Counted from the first letter of the stretch, positions 39,101 through 54,100 are shown. The stretch is DNA of 64,000 nucleotides from Hypanus sabinus (GCF_030144855.1 NC_082739.1:44144001-44208000); one strand, 5' to 3'. The notes: generated by a model from the sequence alone, not told the origin. Program-made: numbers and translations.

Positions 39101-42100
39101 AGGTACTTGTGAAATGTAGTCACAGGACAGGGCAGCTAATTTATTCACTGCAGGATCGCCCAAACAGCAAAGTGATATGAAGACATAAAATGCAGAGGAT
39201 TCTCAACAAGGCAGGCTGCGTCTGTGAGGAGAGAAGCAGAGATGCAGTAAAGTGATAATGGCCAGTTAGTTTATATTTGATTGTGTTGAATGAAGAATAA
39301 ACATGGTCAAGAGATCAAGAATACCTTTCCTTCTACATAAAAGAATGGTAAGTCCATATAAGTCAATAAAAGCAAGGGTCTAATGTAATGCTTCATCTGA
39401 AAGAAGGCACTCATTAGGTTGTGCACAGTTTTAGCATTGCACTAAAATGTCTGCCTAACCTCCTGTGCAAAGGTTTCTGGAAAGGGCTGCAAACCCACAA
39501 TCTTCTGATTCAGAGTATTACAAACCATGCCAGGGTGGTGCTCTCTGCTGAGGGAGCAAACAATGTGTATTGACGGCATGCCAGTAATGAATGGTCTAAT
39601 ACTTACAACTGTTAAGATATGTATCAAAATCTGTGTTTGCTGGAAATTAAGAGATTCTGTATGTTTCTTTCTCCAGATCCGGTAAATGTATCGGCTGAGC
39701 TGAGGTATGAATTATTATGTAATGTGGTCATTGTATTTTATGAATTATTATGTAGTGTGGTCATGCTGACTGAAATTTTAACATGAGATGAAAATATATT
39801 AGAAAAATGCATTTTGACTAATATATTTGTAATGTATATCCAATTTGATTAATGCATTTCACATCCACCAAATCTCTCAAATGTTAATTTATGCCTTTTC
39901 CAAGATCCCAAATTCTAATTGAAGTATTGTAACTGAGGAGTTGATCTTAATCATTGTGTCTTGAGAATTACTGCAAAACTTCCTGAAACTGGTATCGGCA
40001 TATTTCTGCTGCGCTTACCTCAGAAATAAAAGCTCAGTTATAACAAATTGAGCTCCAAGAGAAAAAACCTCAAACTTGAACCATATACATTCACCAAGTA
40101 GGATGCACAAAAGAGATGTCAAATATGTATGCACATTATCGATAAAAAGTATAAATACATGCCATCCCTGGGTGATGAATGTGGTCCGTTTCTATAGAAG
40201 TCCTTAAGTCAATTTGTCCATTAGTCAGAAAATATACAAAAATCACTTGATATGGTAATTACCTCCAAAATATTGTAACGTATTGCATAAAATCATGTAT
40301 CACTGACAAAGAAAGAACAATTTCTAAAAGAGGACAGAATAGGGAAACTAGTTCTGTTGTTTGTAGGCATGAACGTATGTATATTCATTGTCCTAGTCAT
40401 TTGATAATATTATGGGAGCTTATTTGCATGTACCAGTGCCTGTAAATTGGGTCTTTGTAACCTGGGGATAGCCTGAAAATGTAATTGAGGACTTTCCAAT
40501 TCTCAAAGGGAACAGTGTCACCATCTTATTTGAATATGTGACAATGAGATGTATATTTCCCCGTTACTGACACCGAGTTAATGATTTTAAGTGGAACTGG
40601 AGCAGGAACCAAAGATGTTGTAAAGGTTTGGTGTTTTGTTGGAGACACAGTGAGTTACATTAGTACAATGCTGGGACAAATAAGAAAAGAAAATGGGGAA
40701 AAAAAGCTGCTGAACTAATATTATGTGCGAGGTCTTGATACCCCCAGATGTCTTTTCTGGTTTCATCTAATCTCACTGGCCATATCTGTTGATCTGCAAT
40801 GAATGTTTGAGGAGGCTCCACCTTCAACAAACCCCTTGCGGCTTTGACGGTCATCTTAGCTCTTGATTTTGTCAGCCATTACAACTGTGGGAGATTTTCA
40901 TTCATTTTTAAATGCCCCTGGAATTAAAACATATCTCAAAACTATTAAAATCAAGTAACTAAATTAATAAGTTAAAGTTAAGAGAATTGTTTTGTAGATA
41001 AGTATTTAAACAAAAACAAGCTAAAAGCACATAAATAATTGACATTGAAGCAAACAAGTTATGCAGAAGAAGTCCTTGTCATCCCATTCTACCTCCAAAT
41101 CAGAATCCTGCAATTTCCGCTGATGCTGCACAAGGTCTAACACTGGAGGGTCACAACAAGACCAAACTGTTGCTCTGAGATGGTCAGCAAGATGAAATAG
41201 CAGACTTGGCATTCCCAATCCATAAGTGCAGGTCTTCGATGTTTGGCAGTACATCTTAATGAAAACAATAGCACATTTTAAAATAAAGCTTTGCAGAAAG
41301 TAGTGATCTATTTAAGTACCGATATGCCAGGGGTTCCATTTGGAGTGCAGTAGTCAGTGAGGTTTAGTTTCTAAAACCAAGCTTATTTTCAGCCAATTAA
41401 AATTATTGATGAAAAAAAATACTGTAGTTAAAAGCTTTGGGTGATTTTATAACTTTAGAGCTGCTACCTTCATTTCTTATTGTAAAAATTAAACAGAAGA
41501 GCTGGAGAATTATATGAATTCTTGAATTGAAATATCATCATGTTATTAACATGGACTCAGAGTACTGCACTGACAAATTGCAAAGGACATATGAACAGAG
41601 TAGAAGGTCCTGCTGTGATAATCCTTTGATATGTTGTAGCCTCGTTCAATAAAGATCCATTAACAAAGTCACACAATTACTAGCAGATCATTTTTCATTC
41701 AAATCACACTTTCAGAATAAAATAGTTAATATATAATTAATGACATTTTCAAGTGAACCAACAAATACAATTGGATTGCCTAAATATATATGTCTTTGCG
41801 TAGTGATAACAATGTGGTTATTACCACCGTTGTTTAACCAAGCTTCTTTCATCTTGAGCAACACACACAAAATGTTGGAGGAACTCAGCAGGCCAGGCAG
41901 CATCTATGATAATGAATAAACAGTCAACATTTTGGGCCGGGATGCTTCTTCAGGACTGAAAAGGAAGGGGGAAAGACACCCAAATAAAAAAGTGAGGGGA
42001 ATGGAAGGTGGACAAGCTAGAAGGTGATAAGTGAAGCCATGTGGGTGGGGAAAGGTCAAGGGCTGGATCATCGTGCCCTCTTTCTTTACCAGCCCAGACA

Positions 42101-45100
42101 AAAGTTACAGCATGTTCCTGTCTGTAGAAAGTTCCTCAGTTAACCGTTGAGAATGGATTCATACATCTCACAGCTTCATGTTCATAAGTTTGCTTTATGT
42201 TAGTAACTTTCTTCCAGTTTGTTGTATTGGCTGAATTAGGAGAGGAACCCTAGTTTTGTTGATCTCAATTTATCTAACTTTTAAACTTATATTTTATAAC
42301 AATAACAAAAATAATGTTTGCAGATTACCTAGAGCAGGGGTGGGCAAACTTTTTGACTTGTGGGCCACAAAGGGTTCTAAAATTTGACAGGGGGGTCGGA
42401 CCAGGAGCAGATGGACGGAGTGTTTTGGTAATACACCTCATAAGAGAAAATAAAATATCATGGGATATGTAGAAAACATGTGCTTTAACTTCAATTGAAA
42501 ATGAACAAATGCATTACAACAAAATATCTGTCTTTGAAGCCCCATGGTATTTAGCTATTTATTGAAATGACTTTTAAAACACTGAAAACTAAATGAATAA
42601 AATACAGTTTTTTTAATAGTACCAGTTATTATTTTAAAGCACTGAAAATTCTGTTATCCTTCAAGATATTATCATCATCACTCTCCTCCTGACTGTCTTT
42701 ATTTCAAAAACGGTAGGAGATGCAGGTCTACTTGTCCTGCTCCTTCTTAATCAATTGTCCCCTGTGCCAAAACTCAACAACGACCAGCACAAAGACAGAA
42801 CAGTGACAGGGCACCAGTATGCGGAGCGCGTTATTTGATCTGGAGCGCATTTTTTTATTTTGAGAACGTACGTGCACCTGCACACTACTCATGTCCATCA
42901 CTTAACAGAAATGACATGTAACATGTAAGGCTTATTGAAAAAAATATTTTCAAATGCATTTTTTACATAACACAACAAAGAAACTTATTTTTAATTTCAG
43001 TGGGAACAGTGTTGTTGGTCTCCCTTTTTAGCCAGCGCATCAAAGTCTGGATTTAGTTTTGTTGTGGCGATTCTCAGGATGGATCTGAGGTGTTGGTCAG
43101 TTAACTTGGATCTGTGTCTGGCTTAGTTGATGTTCATGACGCTGAACGCGTGTTCACACAAATAGGTCGAGCCGAACAAAGAGTAAAGCGCAAATGTGGA
43201 GTAATACGCTGCACCTCAACAAAGGTCAATGTATATAGAGTGCGTCATCTATTGGGAAAACGCCAGAATTGCGGGGAAAAAACGTTAATAAGGTTTATTA
43301 ATATAATTTCATCAAGTTCTGCGGGCCGGATTAAAAAGCTTAACGGGCTGCATATGGCCCGCAGGCCGTAGTTTGCCCATGCCTGACCTAGAGTATCAGC
43401 TTAGTAAGTGTAATTGCGGGCAAATTAATAGATACTGAAAATACTCAGCAGGTCAGGCAGCACCTGTGGAGTCAATTTTCCAGATTGATATTCTTTTACT
43501 AGTTTCCCTGATTTTTTTCCAGCAGTTCTGGTTTTATTTCAGATTTCCACAACCTGCAGATTTAAAAAAATATATATATTTTAGGCTTAAGATAGGATTT
43601 GAGATATTTGTGAGAGGATTCCTTCCAAATGAACACATAAAAAGTTTGGCTGGGTAAACTTGCCATTCAGCAGGGATAATCTTCATGACTTATTACAATA
43701 CATTCAGTGATCAGATGGGCACTTTATTCCAACTGGCGAAATACCCAGCAGTGCTGAGAAATGTAAATGACACTCAGATAGCCTTGTGGGCTCCAGAAAT
43801 AGCCCCAGCATGTTTGAGAACAGAAAGATGCTGACAAGGCTGCAGTCATCCAATGTTAAGTGTGTTTTCCAGCAAGAAAGCTCCAACAAAGTAACAAAGC
43901 CTTCCTTTAGTGTGCTATATGCCATCTCCATGGTTACCAACTTAAGAATTGTTGTTTGGACCAGAGGGAAGGTTGCTGCTGTGCATTCCTGGAAGGGGAA
44001 AAAGAACATGAACATGTTTGCTTCATATTTTAACACTTTAACATGAATGGTCCTTCAGAAGATAACAAAGGATGCGGAAAAGAAGCTCAAGGAGGAGAAA
44101 GTGGTGGCACATTGGTGTAGCATTTAGTGGAATGCCTTACAGCACCAGCGATCAGTGTTCAGTTCCACCGCTGTCTGTAAGGAGTTTGCACATTCTCCCC
44201 GTGACAGCATGGATTTCCTCCGGGTGCTTCCATTTTCTCCCACAGTCCAAAGACTTATGGGTTAGTGAGTTGTAGGCATGCTGTGTTGGCACTGGAAGCA
44301 TGTTGTCATTTGTGGACTGCTCCCAGCACATCCTTGGACTGTCTTGGTTGTTGACGCAAATAAACATACTTCACGATATGTTTTGATGTTTTTGATGTAC
44401 ATGCAACAATAAAGCTAATCTTCACAGTGGATTTATGAAAAGGTTCCCTTAGAATTTGCAACCCCTGGATTGTCGAGACGCTGCATTGGGACTGAAAGGG
44501 AACAGGGAGAATTGCCAGTGTGGAGGTTGAAGCTCTTTGATGACAGGTTAAACCGGATGGGGAGAGAATGTTGAGTAGATGGAACCACATGGGGAGAAGG
44601 GATTGGAGGGATGAACAAATGGAGAAGAAAACTAGGTGGAGAGCTGGAGTGCTGTGTGTGGGAAGAGCGTACCAGGGGTGTGAGTTACTTGAGACAGGAA
44701 AATGCATTATTCATGCCATAGATTGTAAACTACACAAGCAAAACATAGAACTAGATTGCAGAGACACAAGAAACGACAGATGCTAGAAACTGAAGCAGCA
44801 AACATTCTGCTGGAGGATCTCAGCAGATTGAGCAGAATCTGAGAGGGGGGTGGGGGGGAGGAGAAATTGTTGACGTTTCGGATCAAGACCCGACATCAGG
44901 ACCTGATCATTTCTTCCAGTAGATTGTTTTTTGTAGTAGATCATAGAATTTCTGTGTATCATTTGACTAACAAGAGTCTTGAAATGGTGTCACTATCTGA
45001 TCATTGCAAGAGAAGCATTATAGGAATCAGTAATGTCAGCCAGATGACATGCATTTAAGGTGAGAGGGAGTCCAATCAGAGGAGATGTGAGGGGCAAATT

Positions 45101-48100
45101 TTGATACAGAATGGTAGGTGCCTGGAATCTGCTGCCTAGTATATTGGTGAAGGAAAATATGATAGAGGCATTCAAGAAGCTCTTAAATAGGCATGTGAAT
45201 GTGCAGAACATGGAAAGATACGGGCACAAGAGATTCTGTAGGTGCTGGAAATCCAGAGTAACACACAGGAAATGCCAGAGGAACAATGCAGATGAATAAA
45301 AAGTCAAAGTGTGGATAGTCAGAGGCTTTTTCCCAGGTCTGAAATGGCTAACACAAGAGGGCACAGTTTTAAGGTACTTGGAAGTAGGTACAGAGGAGAT
45401 GTCAGGGGTAAGTTTTTTATGCTGAGAGTGGTGTGTGTGTGGAATGGGCTGCCGGCAACGGTGGTGGAGGTGGATACAATAGGGTCTTTTAAGAGACTTT
45501 TAGATAGGTACATAGAGCTTAGAAAAATAGAGGGCTATGGGTAACCCTAGGTAATTTCTAAAGTAAGTACATGTTTGACACAGCATCGTGGGCCGAAGGG
45601 CTTGTATTGTGCTGTAGGCTTTATATATTTCTATGTTTTGGGGTGAAACCTTTCATCAGGACTGGAAAGGCTTCTCCCAATAAGGATCTCAGCTTGAAAT
45701 GTTGACTCTTTATTCCTCTCTATAGAAGGATATGGACATTTGTTCTATACATCATGATATTAGTAGATAAGTTAATACAAGGCATAAAGCATACAGAGAT
45801 GTGGTGTACCATTATGTAAATCATTAAACAGTACTTAAGATGGTGACTGTTTAAGACCATTATCATGAATGAAGTGAGGCTAATAATGTTTTCTTGAAAT
45901 ACTTTGTATTGATTTTGTTTTATTTCTATCTATTCAAAGTTCAAGAACCATGGGCAGGAGTGAAAATTGCAGCCATGAGATAGGTAAGTCCATCATATGC
46001 AACCACTACTTAGGTGTTTCTGTAGAACTTTGAAAATGCCACATTGTAGGACATTAACATTCATGTACTCTAGCTATGGCTAGATGTTTGTGCTTGGTGG
46101 ACCAGTTTTAATTCCAAGCTGAAGATTGTCATGGAAAGATACTGCTGGCACGTCATGACCGGAAAGTGCTGGCACATATTGGGCATGCGGTGGTATCAGA
46201 TAGAGTGTACCACCTATTTGGGCGAAGTCTTGCTTTACATATGAGATCCATAAGAGCAATGAATTAGTTCAGTTTCAGTTCATTTAGAAACCACAAATGC
46301 AATGCAATGAAAAAAATGAGACCAACGTTCTCCAGAATGATATTAATGTATGAGTTTATTGGCACTACCAAAGGATTTACTTTATATGAATCATTATCCA
46401 AAAGTCTAAGGCATCCAATGTCCCCCAGGTAGATACCTTTGTTAATTTTCCATCATACCTATTTCTCCTAACTTCTGTGCCCACCTCTTCTGCCAATGTC
46501 TTCAAAAACCATGGCATCCTGATCATTAGCCCAGAACCTTTTCCCCTGCAGCATCGCAGTGCCACCCCTGCACTATCCAACTAAATCAACAGCATGATAT
46601 ATTGGCATATAATCTGTCCAATACAAGAATAAATTTAAAAGGTACACATGATAGGTGCAGAATTCTTGAGAGAAAGTGGGTGACTATGGACATATAGTCA
46701 GTCTTGCACTCTAATATAGTGGCTTTCCTCAGACTTCTTCTGTAGTTGTGACAGGATTTATTTCTCTGATTGATCAATAACACTGTATGTGGCAAGTACA
46801 GTTGTTAAAAGGGAAATCTATTCCAACTGCTACCATCCGGGAAATGATATCGCAGCAGAAAAGCCAGGACGAACAGGCTCTGGGACAGCTTCTTCCACCA
46901 GGCCATCAGACTGATAAACTGATTTGAGTGTATTCTATGTCAGAATGCTCTCAATTGTGCCCCCATGGGCCTTGGTCTTTTGTCTTCCAATAATTCCTTC
47001 CTCCCTGTAATGGTGTAATGCAGTGGTTCTCAACTTGGGCCATATGGTCCCTCCAGGGGGGTCACGCCAGATTTCATGGGGGCCTCAAGTAAAAAAACAA
47101 GAAACTGGGGACCACAGGAGTTTCTGAGTGGGCCACTATAATTTTTTTGTTTATAGGAAATATTACTATAATATATAAACAAAAAGTAATCAAATCAAAT
47201 CAACTTTAATTGTCATTCAAACCATACATAGATACAGCCAAACGAGACAACATTCCTCTGGGGCTAAGATGCAAAAACATACACATGCATTCAAAACAGT
47301 GAGAAAGGAAAAAATCTTGAACACTCCAGTCCAACAGCCCGACTTGAACCGTCGGCCGGCTATTACAACATTCTGGCTGGCTGCGCTGAACAATAAGCAG
47401 CTCACTGATGCAGTAGATCTGCTAAACATGTAGTTATTGGAGTCAAGAGTAGTCCTACTATGTATAAAAACACATTTAACAAAGCAAAAAAAACACCTTT
47501 GGTTGGCCCCTGAGAGGCTGCTGCGTGTATGCGTGCCACCATCTTTCACATGAATATGAATGTTTGCAATTTAATTTGGGGTGAATGTGACTGATGTTGA
47601 CGCCACATTACAAGAATGTCTTATTGAGCTGCAGAGTGATATAACAACTCAAGCAAAATTCAATTGATAGCTAATAAAATTCAAATGAGCTTCCACAGCT
47701 CTGGGGAAAGAAAAGTTGTTTTAAATTGCATTTCCCTCCACTTCATATACATGAGGAGTAAAAACCTTTATGCTATGTCGCCGTCTAAATGTGCAATTTA
47801 TAGTAATTTGTAATGAATAATATGTACAACAGGACAGTCAATATAGCATAGAAATACAATTGTATCAGCATGAATTAATGATGGCCTGGTAGAAGAAGCT
47901 GTCCCGGAGACTGTTGGTCCTGGCTTTTATGCTGCGGTACCTTTTCCCAGATGGTAGCAGCTGGAGCAGTTTGTGGTTGGGGTGACTCGGGTCCCCAATG
48001 ATCCTTCGGGCCCTTTTTACATAGTTGTCTGTGTAAGTGTCCTGAATAGTGGGAAGTTCACATCTACAGATGTGCTGGGCTCTCTGCAGAGTCCTGCGAT

Positions 48101-51100
48101 GGAGGGAGGTACAGTTCCCATATCAGGCAGTGATGCAGCCAGTCAGAATGCTCTCAATTGTGCCCCTGTAGAAAGTCCTTAGGATTTGGGGGCCCATATC
48201 AAACTTCCTCAACCGTCTGAGGTGAAAGAGGCGCTGTTGTGCCTTTTTCACCACACAGCTGGTGTGTACAGACCGCGTGAGGTTCTCGCTGACGTGGTTG
48301 CTGAGGAACTTAAAGCTGTTCACCCTCTCAACCCCAGATCCATTGATGTCAATAGGGGTTGGCCCGTCTCCATTCCTCCTGTAATCTACAAACAGCTCCT
48401 TTGTTTTTGCGACATTGCGGGAGAGGATGTTTCCTTGACACCACTGTGTCAGGGTGATGACTTCCTCTCTGTAGGCTGCCTTGTTATTATTTGGGATTAG
48501 TGTAGTGTCGTCACAAAATTTAATTAGCAGATTGGAACTGTGGGTGGTGACACAGTCATGGGTATGTAGGGAGTAAAGGAGGGGTCTTAGGACACAACCC
48601 TGAGGGGCACCTGTGTTGAGGGTCTGAGGGACAGAGGTGAGGGAGCCCACTCTTACAACCTACCGGCATTCTGAATCCAGTTGAATGTGATTTTAGTCAA
48701 GCTCTTCACCTGCTATCAAAAGCTCGCAACTGTCTTGATGTTGTGAAAAGAGGTGGTCTTCGATTATCTTAAACCAAGTTACAACTAGATATTCAAAAAC
48801 TCGATAATTTGCATCAGAATCAATCAGATTTAATATCACCGGCATATGTCATGAAATTGGTTGTGTGGCGGCAGTACAATACAATACATAAAAATAAAAG
48901 AAATGTAAATTATACTAAGTATATATACTGTGTGCATGTATGTGTATGCATGTATGTATATACATATATTTCTTAAAAATGTTAAATAAATAGTGCAAAA
49001 ACAGAGGGGAGAAAAGTAGTGAGGTGGTGTACATGGGCTCAATGTCCATTCAGAAATCAATGGCAGAGGGGCAGAGGTTATTCCTGAATTGTCGAGTATG
49101 TCCCCTCAGGTTCCTGTACCTCCTCCCTATTAGTAGCAATGAGAGGAGTGCATGTCCTAGGTGACAGACGCCGCCTTTTTGAGGCGTCATTCCTTGAAGA
49201 TGTCCTGGATGCTGGGGAGGCTCGTGCCCATGATGGAGCTGGCTGAGTTCACAGCTTTCTACAGCTTATTTTGATCCTGTGCAGTGGCCATGCTATACCA
49301 CACAGTGATGAAGACAGTCAGAATGCTCTCCATGGTACATTTGGTGAAATTTGCTAGTTTCTTTTGTGGCATACCAAACCTCCTCAAACTCCTAATGAAA
49401 TATATCCACTTCCGTGCCTTCTTTGCAACTGCATTGATGTGCTGGGTCCAGGGTAGATCCTCAGAGATGTTGACACCCAGAAGCTTGAAATTGCTCCCTT
49501 TCCACTTCTGATCCCTGTATTAGGACTGGTATGTCTTTCCTTGTCTTACCTTTCTGAAGTCCGTAATCAATTCTGTGGTCTTACTGACACTGAGTGCAAG
49601 GCTGTTGTTGTGATACCAGCTAACCAGCTGATCTATCTTGCTCCTGCATGCCTTATTGTCACCATCTGAAATTCTGTCAACAATCGTTAAATCAGCAAAT
49701 TTATAGATGGCATCTAAGCTGTGTCTAGCCACACAGTCACAAGTGTAGAAAGGATAGGACAGTGGGCTTAGCACACATTCTTGAGGTGCACCAGTATTGA
49801 TTATCATCAAGATGGAGATGTTATTTATGTTCTGCACAGACTGTGGTCTCCCAGTGAGGAAGTCAAGGCTCCAGTTGCAGAGGGAGGTACAGAGGCCCAT
49901 GTTTTGGAGCTTTTTGATCAGGACTATAGGAAGAATTGTGTTAAACACTGAGTTGTAGTCAATGAACAGCATCCTGACATGAGTACAAGTATTGTCCAGG
50001 TGATTCAAGGCCATGTGAAGAGCCAACGAGAACATATCCACTGTAGACCTATTGTGGTAATGATCAGTTCCAAAGATCTCACTAAACACCCAAAGGAACA
50101 AAATTAACTGCTTTTTCGTTGCTGATTGGAAGAATATTATATAAATAGAAAGCTTTGGAACAGTTTTATTTTTCATATACATCTGTAACATTACTGTATA
50201 TTTAACATGTAATCATCTAACCTGTTAAAACATAAATATTGACTATATATTAGAATAATTAGTACAGTTGACCAAAAAATAACTTCAGCAACTTATGGAG
50301 AGGATGGGGGGTCAGGGGCCACAGAGGTAAATGAAAGACATAAGTGGACCACGAACAGAAAAAGTTTGAGAACTACTGGTACAGTGTAAAAGCTGGTCAT
50401 GGCTAAAGCGGTGCTGAGTGTTCTTCAGGAAAATAGGACTCTCCTCAGTTCATCATGTTGAAGCTTCTGTCCAGGATGCTGTGTCTCACTTCAAAGATTA
50501 CATGTCCAGAGCATCTGTGTTTACAGCAAAGAGTAGAATATTTCAGGCAGTGTTTGGCCTGACACATTAACTTGCCCTCCCCATAGATGCTACCTGGCCC
50601 ACTGACTGTTTGCATCTCTTTCTATTTTATCCCATTAACTCAGTGATTAAAATCAGCCCACATCCCTTAAAGGGGAGATGGGCTGTAAGTGGAGCCAGTG
50701 ATGGAAATTATTCTGATGGCCACTGCAGTTTATCGAAAGAAATTGCAGGAAAAGGATGAAGGCGGGGAACAGATTGATCAGGACAGTACTGAATGCCTCG
50801 GTTGACAAAGTGAGGAAAACATAATGGGACCTCTGTCATTTGGAGGTGAGGGGATCTTCCAATCACACAGTAATGTGGCAGTAATCTCAGAGGGAAGCAA
50901 CATGGATGTGATTGGAAGGAGTTAGACTCCAAGGGCCTGACTGCAGCACATTGTAGAAAATTCTTTGAACTCATATGTTCGACCAAGGTCAATTGAAACC
51001 ATCGTTAAATCATGAGCTCACAAACTAACCAGTTGCATGGTTGGGTTTTAATACAGCTGCATGCACCATCAGCTTCACTTACCGGCTCACAAGTGTAATC

Positions 51101-54100
51101 TTTATCCAGACCACACGATTTACCATTACACCAGTTCTCAAATGCAAAAATATCGACTTTCACACATTGCTAGTATCTCGGTCCTGGCAGGTATTGACAT
51201 TGAGCAATATTCGCTAAGTTATCTCCCACCCTTGTCTGAAGAGCTGCAAAACTCGCACCACCTTCTAGCTTGCCTCCCAGTTACTGTTTATCGAGTCTCT
51301 GAATTCTGAAGCGACACCTTACAGCCACAGAATTACTTGAGGTCACCCTGCAAGATTATCTGCAACAGTCAGTGTTGGGTGAGCAACCTTTCACTATTCA
51401 TGCTATAGACTCGGGGGGAGAACATGGTGGACTATTCAAACAACCAACGGCAAGAGGAAAATAGGCATATAGGGGATGCACAAAGTTCAAAATTCGAAGT
51501 GAATTTATTATCCAAATACATATGTGTCGCCAGGTCCTGAGGCCCTTGCACTGCCTTCTTGATGGCAGCAGTGAGAAGAGAGCATGGCCTGGATAGTGGG
51601 GTCCCTGATAATGGATGCTGCTTTCTTGTGGAGCGCTCCTTGTCGATGCGCTCAGTGATGGGGAAGGCTGTAGCTGTGACGAACTGAGATGTATACTCAA
51701 CTTTTTGTAGGCTTTTCTGTTCTTAGGCATTGGTTTTTCCATATCAGGACATATGCAACCAGTCATGATAGTCTGCACTATGCATCTTTAGAAGTTTCTC
51801 AAAGATTTTGATGACATGCTGAATCTTCAGACTTCTAAGAAAACAGAGGCTCTGCCATGCCTTCTTTGTAATGGCACCTGTACGCTAGTCCAGGACACCA
51901 AAGAATTTAAAGTTGCTGACCCTTTCTATCTCCCTCCAATACCCTGATGAGGACTGGCTCATGGACATCCAGTTTTCTGCTCCTGTAGTCAATAATTAGC
52001 TCTTTGGTTTTGTTGACATTGAGAGAGAAGTTGTTGTTGTGGCATCATTCAATCTCCATCCCTTATGCTGATTCATCACCACCTTTTATCTGGCCAACAT
52101 CAGTGGTGTTATCAGTTGTACTGAGCCTCACAGTCAGAAGTATAAAATGAGTAGAGCAGGGGGCTAACTACACAGCCTTGTGATGCACCTGTGCTGATGG
52201 AGATTGTGGAGGAGACGTTGTTGCAAATCTGAACTGACTGGGGTCTACAAGTGAGGAAATCGAGGATCCAGTTGCACAAGGAGATATCAAGGCCTAGGTC
52301 TTAGAGCATATTGATTAGTTTTGATAGAATGATAGTGTTGAATGCAGAGCTGTAGTCAATGAAGAGTAACACATACAAAAGGCTTGAGAATATCAGCTGG
52401 TCAGGCAGCATCTATGTAAATGAATAAACAGTTGATATTTTAGGCCAAGACCCTTCATCAGGACTGAAAAGGAAGTAGCCAAAGTAAGAAGGTGGGGGAG
52501 GGGAAGGAGTACAGACAAGAAGATGACAGGTGAAGTTGGGTGGATGGGGGAGGGTTGATGAAGTAAGAAGCTGGGAGGTGAAAAGGTAAATAGTTGGAGA
52601 TGAAGGAATCTGATAAGAGAGGAGAAGAAAGGAAGGGAGGAGGGGCATCAGGGAGGCAATAGGGAGGTGATAAAAAGAGAAGAGGTAAGAGTGGGGCCAG
52701 ATTGGGGAATTGAAGAAGAGAGAAGAGGAAGGGAAAATTATCGGAAGCTAAAGTAATCGATGTTCATGAGATCAAGTTAGAGGCTACACAGATGAAATAT
52801 GAGGTGATGCTCCTCCAACATGAAAGTGGCCTCATCATGACAGTAGAGGATGCCATAGACAGTTCTGTCAGAATGGGAATGGGATTTGATTTAAAATGGT
52901 TAGCCACCAGAAAATCTTGCTTCTTGCGGATGGAGTGAGATGCTTGACAAAGCGGTTCCCCAATCTATGTTGGGTCTTACCAATGTAGAGGAGGCCAAAT
53001 CAGGAGCACCACATACAGTAGAAGACCCCAACAGATTCGAAGGTGAAGTGTTGCATCAGTGGGAAGGACTGTTTGAGGCCCTGTATGGTGGTAAGGAAGG
53101 AGGTGAATGGGCAGGTGTGGCACTTCTTCTGTTTGCAGGGATAAGTGCCAGGAGAGAGATTAGTAGATAAGTGGGGAGGGACGAACAGACAATAGAATAT
53201 TAGAGGGAGTAATCTCTGCAGAAATTGGGTAGTGTGGAGGGGGTGGTGGTAGGGGGAGGTGGGGAGTAAAGATGTGTTTGGGAGGAGGATCGTGGTGAAG
53301 ATTGCAGAAATTGTGGAGCATGATGTGTTGGATGTGGAGGCTCATCGGGTGGTAGGTGAGGACAAGAGCAACTCTATCCCTGTTAAGGTGGTGAGAAGAT
53401 GGGGTGAGGGCAGTGTTAATGGTGGAGGAAGGGGAACTCTGTTTTTTTCTTTGGTAACAGAGGGCATCTCTGATCTTCTAGAAAGGAAAGCCTCATCCTA
53501 GGAACAGATGTGGCAGAGATATGGAACTGAGAAAAGGGAATGAGATTTTTACAGGAGATAGGGTGGGAAGAAGTATAGTCAAGATAGCTGTGGGAGTCAG
53601 TAGTTTTGTTAAAAGTACGAATGTCAATGAAGAGCATCCTGATGTATGCAGCTTCTCTGTCCAGATGTTCCAGGGCTGAGTGAAATGGCATCTGCTGGTG
53701 ACCTGTTGTGATGGTAGGCAAATTGGAGCAGGTCCAAGTCACTCCTCAGGCAGGAGTTGATATGTTTCATGACCAACCTCTCAAAGCACTTCATCACAGT
53801 GTATGTAAGTGCTACTGGAGAATAATCATTGAGGCCGGTTACTACATTCTTCTTGGGCAACAGTGTGATTGAAGCCTCCTTGAAGCAGGTGGGTACTTCA
53901 TACTGCTGAAGAGAGAGGTTAGAGATGTCAGTAAACAGTCCAGCCAGTTGTTTAGCACAGGTCTTCAGTACTCAGCCAGGTACACTGTCTAGGCTGGATG
54001 CTTTCCTTGGGTTCACCCTCCTGAAGGATGCGCTCAGGTCTGCTTCAGAAACCAAAATCACAGGGCTGTCAGGGGCTGTGGGAGTTTGTAAATTTTTCTT

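Larger units (their letters stand above)
47021..50378 (+). mobile_element. Old hAT/Charlie-like relic split by nested retroelements
   Basis: Termini CAGTGGTTCTCAAC (47021) and GTTTGAGAACTACTG (50364-50378). [14 protein letters not shown] at about 47605-47665. Flanking 8-mers match at only 5/8. Confidence 0.5.
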
